NCBI RefSeq assembly: GCF_000143415.4
Contig: NW_003314332.1
Coordinates: 186,001-250,000 of the forward strand
DNA from: Selaginella moellendorffii
Lineage: Eukaryota > Plantae > Lycopodiophyta
Length of the DNA stretch: 64,000 nucleotides
Direction: 5' to 3'
The notes under the pieces were generated by a model, which was not told the origin of the DNA, searched no databases, and worked only from the letters and a program-made list of their open reading frames with translations. The translations under genes were made by a program, and so were the position numbers. This document shows positions 63,801-64,000 of the stretch, piece by piece. Each line of letters begins with the position of its first letter. Position 1 is the stretch's first letter.

Positions 63801-64000
63801 GCATAGCCCGTTTTCTCTTTCGTTGGTAGCTCACCTCTCTGATGAGCTTCCCGTGCCTCTAGATTCCTCAGCAACACTTCTTGTGCTAGACCATCGTTCT
63901 CATATACTGTCCGCACATCATCCCAAAAGGTTGCTATCGCGCTAGATATTGCTAACTTCAAGCTCGACTTAGTGCATCTGCCACGATGTTGCTCTTCCCA
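60900..64000 (-). mobile_element. 3' part of a Ty3/gypsy chromodomain LTR retrotransposon (integrase, chromodomain, 3' UTR, 3' LTR with inner edge at 61940; outer edge uncertain)
   Basis: CHDEPFAGHGG, TMDFIMGL..VVVDRFSKMAHF and EEYKVEAIL...KWKGFPHCEATWEP. PPT at 61941..61953 is identical to that at 52095. Confidence 0.9.

Overview
Eukaryotic plant nuclear DNA. Very short (~50-65 bp) GT-AG introns, GH3, PLS-class PPR and (CCCTAAA)n repeats point to a compact land-plant genome; the lycophyte Selaginella is my inference, not verified. 0-9.3 kb is gene-dense: 3' part of a GH3 gene, a frameshifted F-box gene, an intact PLS-E PPR gene, a 58-aa BRAWNIN/UQCC6-like microprotein gene and a PPR pseudogene. 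9.3-17.9 kb is an AT-rich scrambled repeat block with Fic pseudogene fragments, a TRIM and gypsy fragments. 18.8-21.5 kb holds two head-to-head pairs of MiAMP1/beta-barrelin-like 6-Cys peptide genes. 23-26 kb holds two Fic-domain genes with the canonical HPFxDGNGRxxR motif. 26-64 kb is a transposon nest: a chromodomain gypsy element and a solo LTR inside a decayed SWIM/MULE-like element, then a large DNA-transposon-like unit (~38.6-60.8 kb). That unit is interrupted by a hAT and a non-coding LTR element and is followed by a second chromodomain gypsy. It is the most unusual system here. It encodes a DDE-like transposase divergent from a ParB/Srx-like + N4/N6-methyltransferase-fold protein and an FCP1/NIF-type HAD domain. 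It also carries about 17 dispersed copies of a 22-24 bp palindrome (AATGGCRTGWGGCCWCAYGCCATT) that I did not find in the nested insertions or the flanks. All domain assignments are by-eye motif recognition, with no database searches.
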